Shown: piece by piece, positions 7,890 through 18,456 of the stretch
How the letters are laid out: each line of letters opens with the position of its first letter
How positions within the stretch are numbered: the stretch's first letter is position 1
Assembly: GCA_016294165.1 (NCBI GenBank)
Contig: JAEDCM010000004.1
Span: 5,914-69,913 of the forward strand
Source of the DNA: Anaeroplasmataceae bacterium
GTDB taxonomy: Bacteria; Bacillota_I; Bacilli_A; Acholeplasmatales; JAEDCM01
Length of the DNA stretch: 64,000 nt
Reading direction: 5' to 3'
Notes under the pieces: model-generated
What the model saw: the letters and a program-made list of their open reading frames with translations, nothing else
Databases searched by the model: none
Told to the model about the DNA's origin: nothing
Translations under genes and position numbers: made by a program

Positions 7890-9256
7890 TTTAATTCTAA
7901 TAATGCTTCTTGTAATAACGCATCATGAATATCCTTTTTTACCTCTACCTTATATAGTTCATATATTTCATCAGCCAAGGCTGCATCGATGTATGACTTT
8001 GAAAACTTATTATTTAAAACTAAAAGAGTATCTACATCAAAATATCCATCAGTTCTTACATCATATCCTAAACATTTAAGCATCAATTGAATTTGCTTAA
8101 CATCATCACTAACAACATCAAGTTCATACTTTTCATCAGTTAATATAACCTGTGCTAGATTCATATAAGAATTCTTTGAAACCACTTTTGTTGGGGCAAT
8201 TCCTTGATCCTTAACACTATAGTTATCAGGCCCATACCAATTACCCAAGGTAATATGTAGATAATAGTTTTTTAACGTTTGCATCTCGTAATCAACTTGA
8301 TATACACTTTTACCATAAGTTGTTTTTCCAATCAAATCATACCCACCATTATAATGCATTGCGACCGCAAAAACCTCTGCGGCTGATGCACTATTTTCAT
8401 TAATTAAAACTTTGATATCATAAGATTTTTTTACCGTATCCCTTAATGGATAATAATAAGTGTTTTTTAGTTCTTGATCACTTTCTTTAACATTCTCAAT
8501 TCTTAAATATGGACTATTTCCGGTCATAAAATTTGTAAGAATGTTAACGACAGAGCCCAAATATCCTCCTGGGTTATCTCTAACATCAATTATTAAACCA
8601 GTAATATTTTCATTCTCTAAAGCTTTTAATGCTTGATTGAATAGATTAGCGGTTTTTTCAGAAAATTCCACAATCTTAATATATCCAATACCATCAATAT
8701 TGCGGTATTTAATTGAAGGAGCATTAATAACACTTGAAACTAAAGTAACACTATATTCTCTACTTCCCCTTAAAAATGTCAAAGTATTCTCTTCACCTAA
8801 ATTAACCTTAATTAATAAACCTAAATCCGTAAAATTTTTGTTTTCTAATGATGTATCACCAATTTTAATTAAAACATCGTTAATTCTAACTCCTGATAAA
8901 TCGGCTGGAGAACCCTCAATTACATCTTTTACAACAAACTCTCCATCAATCAAAGAAAAACTAATTCCAATACCAATATATTCTTCTCCAATACTTTGGT
9001 TAGCGCTATATTCAAATAGAAATGTATACGGATCATTTAAAGAAGAAACCATTCCGTTAGCCGCTCCCATTAACAAATCATTTTCATCAACATCACTGTA
9101 ATGGTATTGATTTAACACCTCAGACAGTTCATCTAGAACATCATATCTACCATGTGATTCTAATCCCGAAAATGTTTTTCCAATAAAAAATCCAGTAAAG
9201 CTACATGTAATAACCATAATTAAAGTTAAAATACCTGTTAAGGCTTTTTTATTCAT
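7886..9256 (-). CDS. S41 family C-terminal processing peptidase (CtpA/CtpB-like) with PDZ and C-terminal PG-binding-like domain
   Basis: N-terminal TM anchor, PDZ (GISF...VIEGSPADLSGVRINDVLIKIG), S41 core (LIIDVRDNPGGYL, NENSASAAEVFA, GKTTYGKS), and C-terminal IQLMLKCLGYDVRTDGYFD. Confidence 0.8.
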   Translation of the reverse strand: MNKKALTGILTLIMVITCSFTGFFIGKTFSGLESHGRYDVLDELSEVLNQYHYSDVDENDLLMGAANGMVSSLNDPYTFLFEYSANQSIGEEYIGIGISFSLIDGEFVVKDVIEGSPADLSGVRINDVLIKIGDTSLENKNFTDLGLLIKVNLGEENTLTFLRGSREYSVTLVSSVINAPSIKYRNIDGIGYIKIVEFSEKTANLFNQALKALENENITGLIIDVRDNPGGYLGSVVNILTNFMTGNSPYLRIENVKESDQELKNTYYYPLRDTVKKSYDIKVLINENSASAAEVFAVAMHYNGGYDLIGKTTYGKSVYQVDYEMQTLKNYYLHITLGNWYGPDNYSVKDQGIAPTKVVSKNSYMNLAQVILTDEKYELDVVSDDVKQIQLMLKCLGYDVRTDGYFDVDTLLVLNNKFSKSYIDAALADEIYELYKVEVKKDIHDALLQEALLELK

Positions 9257-9261
9257 ATGAT

Positions 9262-10137
9262 CTACTCCTTATCGTATGTTCCAAATCCTTCTCCTAAAAC
9301 TTCATTGGTTTTAGTAATAAAGACGAACGCATTCTCATCAATCTTATCAATTAATGTTCTTAGCTTATAGTATTCGTTTTTAGCCATGATGCAAACAAGC
9401 ATTGTTTTTTCAGTATTTGTATAACCACCAACAACATCTATTTTAGTAACTCCACGGTCAATTTCTTTAAAAATAGAATCTCTTATTTCATCTGGCTTGG
9501 TTGTGACAATATAAGCTGCTCTTCGTGAAACTCCACCAACACACATGATGTCTATCAAATATCCAGATGTGATTAAAACTGCCGCCGCAAAGAATCCCTT
9601 TTCAATTCCAAAGACTAGTACTCCAATTAAAATAATTGATCCATCAATAACATACATTACTGAAGAAAATGGGAGACGAAAAACCTTACTAATGACTCTT
9701 TGTGGAACATCCATTCCCCCTGTTGTTGCGCCATTTCTAACAACAATTCCTAAACCAATTCCGGTTAATAATGTCGCTCCAATGGCTACAATAAGCAAAT
9801 AGTTTCCACTGGAAATATCACGCATTATTAAATCGGTTGGGACATTACACAATTCTAAAACTGCCACAATTGATGGAGTTAATAGCGTTCCATAAACCGT
9901 TCTGATAAAAAACTGTTTTCCCAATATCAATCCACCAATAATTAAAAATATAACATTAGCAGTATACATAAATAATGTTGGATTCAAAATATCCTTGAAA
10001 ATAATTGATAAACCCATTACCCCACCAACAACTAAGCTTGAAGGTAGTAAGAAAAAATAATAGGCAATATCAACTAAAATAACTCCAAAGGTAATCTCTA
10101 AATATGTTAATATTTTTTTATTCTTTTTTGTCATCAC
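9262..10137 (-). CDS. YitT family membrane protein (DUF2179 C-terminal domain)
   Basis: 291 aa with 5-6 TM helices. The SSLVVGGVMGLS and TTGGMD blocks plus a soluble C-terminal domain (VTKIDVVGGYT...MLVCIM) are typical of YitT/YpjC-like proteins. Confidence 0.75.
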   Translation of the reverse strand: MMTKKNKKILTYLEITFGVILVDIAYYFFLLPSSLVVGGVMGLSIIFKDILNPTLFMYTANVIFLIIGGLILGKQFFIRTVYGTLLTPSIVAVLELCNVPTDLIMRDISSGNYLLIVAIGATLLTGIGLGIVVRNGATTGGMDVPQRVISKVFRLPFSSVMYVIDGSIILIGVLVFGIEKGFFAAAVLITSGYLIDIMCVGGVSRRAAYIVTTKPDEIRDSIFKEIDRGVTKIDVVGGYTNTEKTMLVCIMAKNEYYKLRTLIDKIDENAFVFITKTNEVLGEGFGTYDKE

Positions 10138-11236
10138 TGTTCACCTTATATCTTAAATATGCTTTAATGAATTCATCAATATCCCCATCCATTACTGCTG
10201 CAGTATTTCCCACCTCATAATTAGTTCGATGATCCTTAACCATCGAATATGGGTGAAAAACATAACTTCTAATTTGTGACCCCCATCCAATATCCATTTG
10301 AACACCCTTAATTCTAGCAAGCTCTTCTTCCTGTTTTTTGATTTCCTCTTGTAATAGTTTACTCTTTAGGATGCTCATCGCAACCTCACGGTTTTTAATT
10401 TGACTTCTCTCATTTTGACATGTAACAACGATATTAGTTGGTTTATGCGTAATACGCACAGCCGAATCAGTAGTATTTACTGATTGACCACCCGCTCCAC
10501 TTGAACGATACACATCAATTTTTAAATCCTCTTCATTGATCACAATATCCACCTTATCATCAATTTCCGGCATGACATCACATGAAACAAATGATGTATG
10601 TCTTCTAGAATTTGAATCAAATGGTGAAATACGGACTAAACGATGAACGCCACGCTCAGCCTTTAAATATCCATAAGCATTTTTCCCTTTAACTAAAAAG
10701 ATAACACTTTTAATTCCGGCCTCTTCACCAGCAAGATAATCTAAAAGTTCAACTTTATATCCTTTTTTTGTCGCATATCTTGTATACATCCTATAAAGCA
10801 TTTCACACCAATCCATTGATTCTGTTCCACCAGCACCTGGATGTAATTCAATAATGGCATTACTATCATCATATTTCTCATTTAATAATACAATAATTTG
10901 AAAATCTTTGATTTTTTTATCTAATTTATAAATCTCATCTTCAATTTCTAAAGAATACTCCTCATTTTCAATTCCATCATACATTTCAATCAAGGTCTCG
11001 ATATCTGAATATGAAACACTTAATTCATCTAGCTTTTTCTTTTTATCCTTAAGGTCATTTAGAAGAGAAAAAACAGCTTGTGAGCCCTTTTGGTCATCCC
11101 AAAAGTTTGGCTCAAGGGTCTTAGCTGTTAATTCATCTATCGTCTTATTGATTTTTGAAATGTCAATAGCATCACCTAGGTCTTTGATTTCTTTAGAAAA
11201 GTTATTCATAAATTTATTAATTTCATACTTTTCCAT
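10118..11236 (-). CDS. prfB: peptide chain release factor 2, encoded as a single uninterrupted ORF
   Basis: 372 aa with an SPF tripeptide (RISPFDS), a GGQ motif (SGAGGQSVNTT), and PNFWDDQ near the N-terminus. AGGTGA RBS. Confidence 0.9.
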   Translation of the reverse strand: MEKYEINKFMNNFSKEIKDLGDAIDISKINKTIDELTAKTLEPNFWDDQKGSQAVFSLLNDLKDKKKKLDELSVSYSDIETLIEMYDGIENEEYSLEIEDEIYKLDKKIKDFQIIVLLNEKYDDSNAIIELHPGAGGTESMDWCEMLYRMYTRYATKKGYKVELLDYLAGEEAGIKSVIFLVKGKNAYGYLKAERGVHRLVRISPFDSNSRRHTSFVSCDVMPEIDDKVDIVINEEDLKIDVYRSSGAGGQSVNTTDSAVRITHKPTNIVVTCQNERSQIKNREVAMSILKSKLLQEEIKKQEEELARIKGVQMDIGWGSQIRSYVFHPYSMVKDHRTNYEVGNTAAVMDGDIDEFIKAYLRYKVNSDDKKE

Positions 11237-11245
11237 TTATATCAC

Positions 11246-13792
11246 CTATTTTTTTCCCATACAGCAGTTTTTATACTTCTTTCCTGATCCGCATGGACAG
11301 AATTCATTTTTCCCAATTTCTCTTTCTTCAACAGGTTTAATCTTTGGAACAACAGTTTTTACCGCTGATGGAGATCTTTTTCTAGATTCATCCTTTACCG
11401 CATTTGTTCCAACAGGCTTATTAACCTCTTCACGCTCTAAATTATTTCTAATTTCCGCTCTTATAACATATTTAGTTACGTCATAAGCAATGTTTCTGTT
11501 TAACTCCTCAAACATCTCAAATCCGCGTTCTTGATATAATTGAAATGGATTACCTTGACCATATGCTTGTAGAGTAACACCTTGACGCAAAGCGGCCATT
11601 TGATCAATGTGCTTTGTCCAATATGTATCTACAACTCTTAATACAACAACCTTTAAGAATTCATTATAAGCGGCTTCATCGATGATTTCCTTCTTTCGAG
11701 CAATCTCTGCCTTGGCCTCATCTAAAACATATTTATGAATTTCCTCAGGAGTTAAAGATTCAATTGTTTCTAAAGCAAAAGTATCTGGTTTAAAAATACC
11801 ACCGTTTAAGCTCTTAACAATGTCTTCATCCTCAATTGTTGTTTGATTTGCCCCATATGTAATATGCTTATCAATTGTTTCTCTAATAGCCGATTCAATC
11901 ATTTCGTTAACACTCTTCTCGATTGATGGTTCAACTAAAACACTAGTACGTTGTCCATAAATGATTTCTCTTTGTTTACGAATGATATCATCATATTTTA
12001 ATACTGTTTTACGTGAATCATAGTTGCTTCCTTCAATACGCTTTTGAGCACCTCTAACGAATTTCGCAAACATTTTAGATTCTAAAGCAGAGTTTTCATC
12101 ACCCTTTTGCAAATCAATGATCATTCTGATTTTGTTTTTGAATGAATCTCCACCAAATCTCAATAATAATTCATCATCCGCAGAAAGGTAGAATCTTGAA
12201 TATCCTGGGTCTCCTTGACGACCAGAACGTCCTCTTAGCTGATTATCAATACGTCTTGATTCATGACGTTCAGTTCCAATAACCGCTAAACCTCCAAGTT
12301 CTTTAACACCTTCACCTAATTTAATGTCGGTACCACGTCCGGCCATATTTGTCGCAATTGTAACAGCATACTTTTGTCCAGCTGCCGCAATGATTTCCGC
12401 TTCTTGTTCATGAAATTTAGCATTTAAAACATTATGTTTAATACCAGCCTTAGTAAGCTCTTTACTAATGATTTCTGATGTTTCAACGGCAATTGTACCA
12501 ATCAAAATCGGTTGACCTGCCTTATGTCTTTCTTTAACATCCTCAATGATTGCTTTATATTTAGCTTCCACAGTTAAATAAATTAAATCAGTCATGTCTT
12601 CTCTAATAACTGGTAGGTTTGTTGGTACCTCAACAACATACATGTTATAGATTTCAATAAATTCTTCTTCCTCAGTTTTCGCAGTACCAGTCATACCTGA
12701 AAGTTTCTTATACATACGGAAGAAATTTTGATATGTGATAGTAGCTAAAGTAATAGTTTCCTTCTTAATTTCTACATTTTCTTTAGCTTCAATTGCTTGA
12801 TGTAATCCATCTGAATATTGGCGTCCCTTTAAAACACGTCCGGTAAATGAATCAATGATCAATACCTCTCCATCCACAACCATATATTCCTTGTCCTTAT
12901 CCATTGTATAGTTTGCCTTTAGGGCATTATTTATATGGTGAACTAAAGAAACATATTGTAAATCATAAAGGTTATCAATTTTAAATGATTTTTCAGCCTT
13001 CGCAATACCCTTTTGCGTAAGATTTACCGTTTTTGTTTCAATATCAACTAAAAATTCATCATCTTCTAAGCTTTTCGCAAAGCGATCAGCTAAAATATAT
13101 AGGTTTCCAGTATTTTTTTGACCACCAGAAATAATTAATGGTGTTCTCGCCTCGTCAATCAAGATACTATCAACCTCATCGATGATGGCATAGTTTAATG
13201 GTCTTTGAACCATATCTTTTTTAAATAAAACCATGTGATCTCTTAAATAATCAAATCCTAATTCCGCATTTGTTGAATAAAGGATATCACATTGATAAGC
13301 TTCTTTCTTTTGTTCTTGAGACATATCATGAACATTTAATCCAACAGTAAGTCCTAAGAAACGATAGATTTCGCCAATTGGTCCCTCAGTTTCTCTGGCT
13401 GCTAAATATTCATTAACTGTAACGATATGAACTCCTTCACCACTTAAGGCATTTAAATAAGCCGGCATTACTCCTGTTAAAGTTTTACCTTCTCCAGTTT
13501 TCATTTCCGCAATATTTCCACCATGAATGGCTATAGCTCCCGCAACTTGCACAAAAAATGGGAACATCCCTGTGACTCTTCTTGAAGCCTCACGAACAAC
13601 CGCATATGCCTCAACTAATAAATCATCAAGAGTTTCTCCTTTTTGATATCTTTCTTTAAACTCAAAGGTTTTAGCCTTTAACTCTTCATCAGTTAATTTA
13701 GCAGTTGCTTCTTCAAGCAAGAAAACCTTTTTAGCTATTTTTTCACAACGCTTATACTCTTTGTATCCAGCATCGAATAAACTTTTAAACAT
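11246..13792 (-). CDS. secA: preprotein translocase ATPase SecA
   Basis: Walker A MKTGEGKTL, DEVDSILIDEARTPLIISG, TNMAGRGTDI, and a C-terminal zinc motif CPCGSGKKYKNCC. The likely start is MFKSLFD... at 13792; the track start is 13807. Confidence 0.95.
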   Translation of the reverse strand: MFKSLFDAGYKEYKRCEKIAKKVFLLEEATAKLTDEELKAKTFEFKERYQKGETLDDLLVEAYAVVREASRRVTGMFPFFVQVAGAIAIHGGNIAEMKTGEGKTLTGVMPAYLNALSGEGVHIVTVNEYLAARETEGPIGEIYRFLGLTVGLNVHDMSQEQKKEAYQCDILYSTNAELGFDYLRDHMVLFKKDMVQRPLNYAIIDEVDSILIDEARTPLIISGGQKNTGNLYILADRFAKSLEDDEFLVDIETKTVNLTQKGIAKAEKSFKIDNLYDLQYVSLVHHINNALKANYTMDKDKEYMVVDGEVLIIDSFTGRVLKGRQYSDGLHQAIEAKENVEIKKETITLATITYQNFFRMYKKLSGMTGTAKTEEEEFIEIYNMYVVEVPTNLPVIREDMTDLIYLTVEAKYKAIIEDVKERHKAGQPILIGTIAVETSEIISKELTKAGIKHNVLNAKFHEQEAEIIAAAGQKYAVTIATNMAGRGTDIKLGEGVKELGGLAVIGTERHESRRIDNQLRGRSGRQGDPGYSRFYLSADDELLLRFGGDSFKNKIRMIIDLQKGDENSALESKMFAKFVRGAQKRIEGSNYDSRKTVLKYDDIIRKQREIIYGQRTSVLVEPSIEKSVNEMIESAIRETIDKHITYGANQTTIEDEDIVKSLNGGIFKPDTFALETIESLTPEEIHKYVLDEAKAEIARKKEIIDEAAYNEFLKVVVLRVVDTYWTKHIDQMAALRQGVTLQAYGQGNPFQLYQERGFEMFEELNRNIAYDVTKYVIRAEIRNNLEREEVNKPVGTNAVKDESRKRSPSAVKTVVPKIKPVEEREIGKNEFCPCGSGKKYKNCCMGKK

Positions 13793-13911
13793 AAAATAAC
13801 ACCTCAAGTTATATAATACTATATTTAGAATAAATATACAACTAAAAATATTTCACATGTGAATATTTTTTATTAAAAATTTTATTTTTAATACTATTTT
13901 TTTACGTTTTA

Positions 13912-13941
13912 TAAAAAAAAGAGCGCTTTTTATAGCGCTCT
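13912..13941 (-). terminator. intrinsic terminator after hpf
   Basis: Minus strand: AGAGCGCT-ATAAAA-AGCGCTCT followed by TTTTTTTT. Confidence 0.7.
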
Positions 13942-13949
13942 AATAGATA

Positions 13950-14495
13950 TTAATTTGTTTCAATAACCGCATAGTTTCCATCATCTCTTAGATATGTTAC
14001 GCAAACCTTATGAGTAGAGCTATTTAAGAAAATGAAGAATGAGTGACCTAATAATTCCATTTGGTCAATAGCTTCCTCTACTGTCATTGGTCGTAAATCA
14101 ATTTTTTTATTTTTAACTAATTGAGATGCCATTACTTCCTTTTCAAGTAAATCTAAATCAACGTCATTTTTAAATACTTGTTTAATTCCTTCTTTTTCTA
14201 ATTTTCCTTTTACCTTGTCCTTATGGCGTCTAACTTGTGAGATAAGCTTATCAATTGATTTATCAATTGCAGCATACATATCATCATCACAAACCTCAGA
14301 ACGTAATATTAAATTTTTTGTAGGTATTGTAATTTCCACCTTATGGTGATCATTATAAACCTTACATACAACTCTTGCATTTTCAATTACACCATTCGCA
14401 AAGAATTGCTCAATTTTTTGTAGTTTGTTTACTACATACCCTTCAATAGCTTCAGTTAATCTAAAACCATTCTTTCCAACTACTTCAACCTTCAT
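13950..14495 (-). CDS. hpf: ribosome hibernation promoting factor, long form
   Basis: N-terminal S30AE/YfiA-like domain (VVGKNGFRLTEAIEGYV...HHKVEITIP) plus a C-terminal dimerisation domain (RPMTVEEAIDQMELLGHSFFIFLN...YLRDDGNYAVIE). ATG 14495 is 9 nt after AGGAGG. Confidence 0.9.
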   Translation of the reverse strand: MKVEVVGKNGFRLTEAIEGYVVNKLQKIEQFFANGVIENARVVCKVYNDHHKVEITIPTKNLILRSEVCDDDMYAAIDKSIDKLISQVRRHKDKVKGKLEKEGIKQVFKNDVDLDLLEKEVMASQLVKNKKIDLRPMTVEEAIDQMELLGHSFFIFLNSSTHKVCVTYLRDDGNYAVIETN

Positions 14496-14581
14496 AAATT
14501 CCATCCTCCTAATGTAAGTTGGTACCTTACATCTTCATTATATCACAAATATAAATAAAATCAATAAAACGCTTTCATAAA

Positions 14582-14977
14582 TTATTGAAATGTCGTTAAA
14601 ACAACAATATTACTAGCTAAATCTCCTATTTTTTCAATGTTATTTAAGTCATTAAAGAAATCATTAACTGACTCATAATAAAACAAAATATCTTCGTTAA
14701 AATTATACTTTGATGAAATGTACTGAAAAAGGCCTGATAGTTCGATTATAAAGGCATAAGAGTTAATAGTATACATCTTATCAAAGAGAGAAAAAACATG
14801 AATTAATTTTTTATTGATTGGAATTGTTTGATAGGTTATTTTAATAGGATAAGCCATAAAACAATGGTCACAAACAAAATAATGTTTCTCACAAAATAGG
14901 TTTTTCCAGGTCACCCTGTTATATATTTTTTTATTACATATTAAGCACTTCATCTTATCACCGAATATATAATACAT
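14582..14977 (-). CDS. ComFC-like zinc-ribbon protein lacking a phosphoribosyltransferase domain (hypothetical)
   Basis: The N-terminus KCLICNKKI...TWKNLFCEKHYFVCDHC resembles the double Cys pair at the start of ComFC, and the gene sits at the comF position upstream of hpf-secA-prfB. The rest (about 90 aa) shows no PRTase motif. Confidence 0.35.
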   Translation of the reverse strand: MYYIFGDKMKCLICNKKIYNRVTWKNLFCEKHYFVCDHCFMAYPIKITYQTIPINKKLIHVFSLFDKMYTINSYAFIIELSGLFQYISSKYNFNEDILFYYESVNDFFNDLNNIEKIGDLASNIVVLTTFQ

Positions 14978-14999
14978 AAAAAACTAGATTTTTGTATTA

Positions 15000-15031
15000 A
15001 AAAAGTCCTACAAAATTTGTAGGACTTTTTT
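15000..15031 (-). terminator. intrinsic terminator after eno
   Basis: Palindrome AAAAGTCCTACAAA/TTTGTAGGACTTTT with flanking A/T runs, 4 nt past the eno stop. Confidence 0.7.
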
Positions 15032-15034
15032 AAA

Positions 15035-16348
<1,314 letters not shown>

Positions 16349-16353
16349 TTAAT

Positions 16354-16815
16354 TTATTCTTTAATACTTGGCCTACTGATTTTATAACACATTACCATCG
16401 ATATTACAACAACTATTAATAAAATTATTGTAGCAAAATTGTAAAATGCTTTCGTAAATGGCCAAAATATCATGAAAGTTGATCTAAGATTACCTAATGA
16501 AAACCCAGCTTTTATTCCTCCAAGAAAGCTAACTATTATAACATTGCTTATGTAGTATCCAATTAGGAAGAGAATAATAGCGATTATACTATAGGCAATA
16601 TGATAATCCTCATATGATTTACGAATACTTTTAGGTAAAAAATATGCGATTAATAATAATGATGGTGCAAAGATATATTGCATACCCAATATCGTTACTA
16701 AGTTAAATGCAGCAACTGCTACTGCTAAAATTAAGGTCATTGAAAGGCCATTAATGATAACCATTAATAAATCACTTTTATTTAACCCTTTACTATTATA
16801 TACCTTATTTTTCAT
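16354..16815 (-). CDS. polytopic membrane protein of unknown function
   Basis: 153 aa with about 4 TM helices. Its start overlaps the end of gpmI by 11 nt, and the gene lies between gpmI and eno. Confidence 0.5.
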   Translation of the reverse strand: MKNKVYNSKGLNKSDLLMVIINGLSMTLILAVAVAAFNLVTILGMQYIFAPSLLLIAYFLPKSIRKSYEDYHIAYSIIAIILFLIGYYISNVIIVSFLGGIKAGFSLGNLRSTFMIFWPFTKAFYNFATIILLIVVVISMVMCYKISRPSIKE

Positions 16816-18334
16816 TAATTAAAGACTTTCCTGTCATTTCTTTTGGTTGTTTGATATTTAAGTATTGTAGCATTGTTGGTGCAATATCTGCTAAGATACC
16901 CTTATTAACTGTAATATTGTTATCAGTGATAACAACTGGAACAACATTTGTTGTATGAGCAGTAAACGGATTTCCTTCAGCATCAAGCAATTTTTCAGCA
17001 TTTCCATGGTCAGCTGTGATAATACATACTCCGCCTTTAGCTTTTACTGCTTCATAAACCTTACCAACACAAGTGTCAACTGCTTCAACTGCTTTAACAG
17101 CTGCATCAATAACACCAGTATGACCAACCATATCGCAGTTTGCAAAATTTAAAATAATGGCATCTGGTGTATCATTATTAATCTCCTCAATTACCTTTTC
17201 AGTAACCTCATATGCGGACATTTCAGGCTTTAAGTCATATGTCGCAACCTTTGGTGAATTAACTAATACACGTTTAGATCCTTTAATCTCTTTATCTACT
17301 CCTCCATCAAAGAAGAAAGTAACATGAGCATATTTTTCAGTTTCAGCAATTCTTAATTGTTTCATATTATTATCAGCTAAAACGTCACCTAAAGTGTTTT
17401 TAAGATCTTGTAATCCAAAGGCAATTTCGCCTTTAACGCTACTTGCATAGCTCATCATTGAAACAAAGAAAATATTCTTTGGTGCATTTGTTGCATCTAA
17501 TCCAACAGTGTTTTCCTTAACAATTGGATTACCAGGCTTGATAACCTCAGGATTTGAGAAGGCTGTAGAAATTTGGATGGCTCTATCAGGTCTAAAGTTT
17601 GAGAAAATGATCGCATCATTATCTGCAATTAAACCATTTTTATCACACAAGTATGGTTTAACAAACTCATCATAAATTCCTTCCTCATAACTCTTAGCTA
17701 GTCCTTCAAATACATCAATTGGTTCATTATTTCCTTTAATCATATTATCATAAGCAACTTGAATACGATTCCAGTTCTTATCACGATCCATTGCATAGTA
17801 ACGACCACTTACTGTCGCAATTTTCCCATGTTCCATAATTTTTTCCAAATAAATTTTGGCGCTATCTGGGGCAACATCTCGTCCATCAAGGAAAGCATGG
17901 ACATATACCTCTTTGATGTTTTGCATTTTTGCCATTTTTAATAAAGCAATGATATGTGATGTATGTGAATGCACACCACCATCTGATGCTAAAGCAAAAA
18001 TATGTAATTTTGAATTATTTTTCTTAACATGATCACAAGCATGTAAGAAAGCTTCGTTTGTAAAAAATGATCCATCATTAATCGCTACATTAATACGAGT
18101 TAATGATTGATAAACTGTTCTTCCGGCTCCAATATTTAAGTGTCCAACCTCTGAATTACCCATTTGACCTTCAGGTAATCCAACAGCTAATCCACTAGCT
18201 TCTAAAATATTGTTCGGATATTTTTTAAAAAGTTGATCTAGATTTGGTTTTTTAGCCATAGAAATTGCATTACCTTTATTGCTATCGCTTAAACCATACC
18301 CGTCCATTATTATTAGTGTAACTGGTTTCTTCAT
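16805..18334 (-). CDS. gpmI: 2,3-bisphosphoglycerate-independent phosphoglycerate mutase
   Basis: MKKPVTLIIMDGYGL..., GNSEVGHLNIGAGR, and ADHGNAE. The start at 18334 is preceded by AGAAAGAGG; the track ORF extends to 18433 through a non-homologous leader. Confidence 0.95.
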   Translation of the reverse strand: MKKPVTLIIMDGYGLSDSNKGNAISMAKKPNLDQLFKKYPNNILEASGLAVGLPEGQMGNSEVGHLNIGAGRTVYQSLTRINVAINDGSFFTNEAFLHACDHVKKNNSKLHIFALASDGGVHSHTSHIIALLKMAKMQNIKEVYVHAFLDGRDVAPDSAKIYLEKIMEHGKIATVSGRYYAMDRDKNWNRIQVAYDNMIKGNNEPIDVFEGLAKSYEEGIYDEFVKPYLCDKNGLIADNDAIIFSNFRPDRAIQISTAFSNPEVIKPGNPIVKENTVGLDATNAPKNIFFVSMMSYASSVKGEIAFGLQDLKNTLGDVLADNNMKQLRIAETEKYAHVTFFFDGGVDKEIKGSKRVLVNSPKVATYDLKPEMSAYEVTEKVIEEINNDTPDAIILNFANCDMVGHTGVIDAAVKAVEAVDTCVGKVYEAVKAKGGVCIITADHGNAEKLLDAEGNPFTAHTTNVVPVVITDNNITVNKGILADIAPTMLQYLNIKQPKEMTGKSLINEK

Positions 18335-18456
18335 AATATTACCTCTTTCTAAAAGTATTATACTAGATATTATATATAAATTACAAATAAAAAAACGTAT
18401 AAAAACGTTTTCTAAAATAATAAAACTCCTCACTTGTGTTAAGTGGGAGTATTCTA

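Noticed and set aside
10118-11236. I expected the +1 programmed frameshift (CUU UGA C after about 25 codons) that autoregulates prfB in many bacteria.
   Set aside because: The RF2 ORF is uninterrupted. The region that aligns with the usual shift site reads ...KDLGDAIDISKINK... with no in-frame stop, and the N-terminus runs in frame into PNFWDDQ. A sizeable minority of bacteria lack the frameshift, so this is noted but is not novel.
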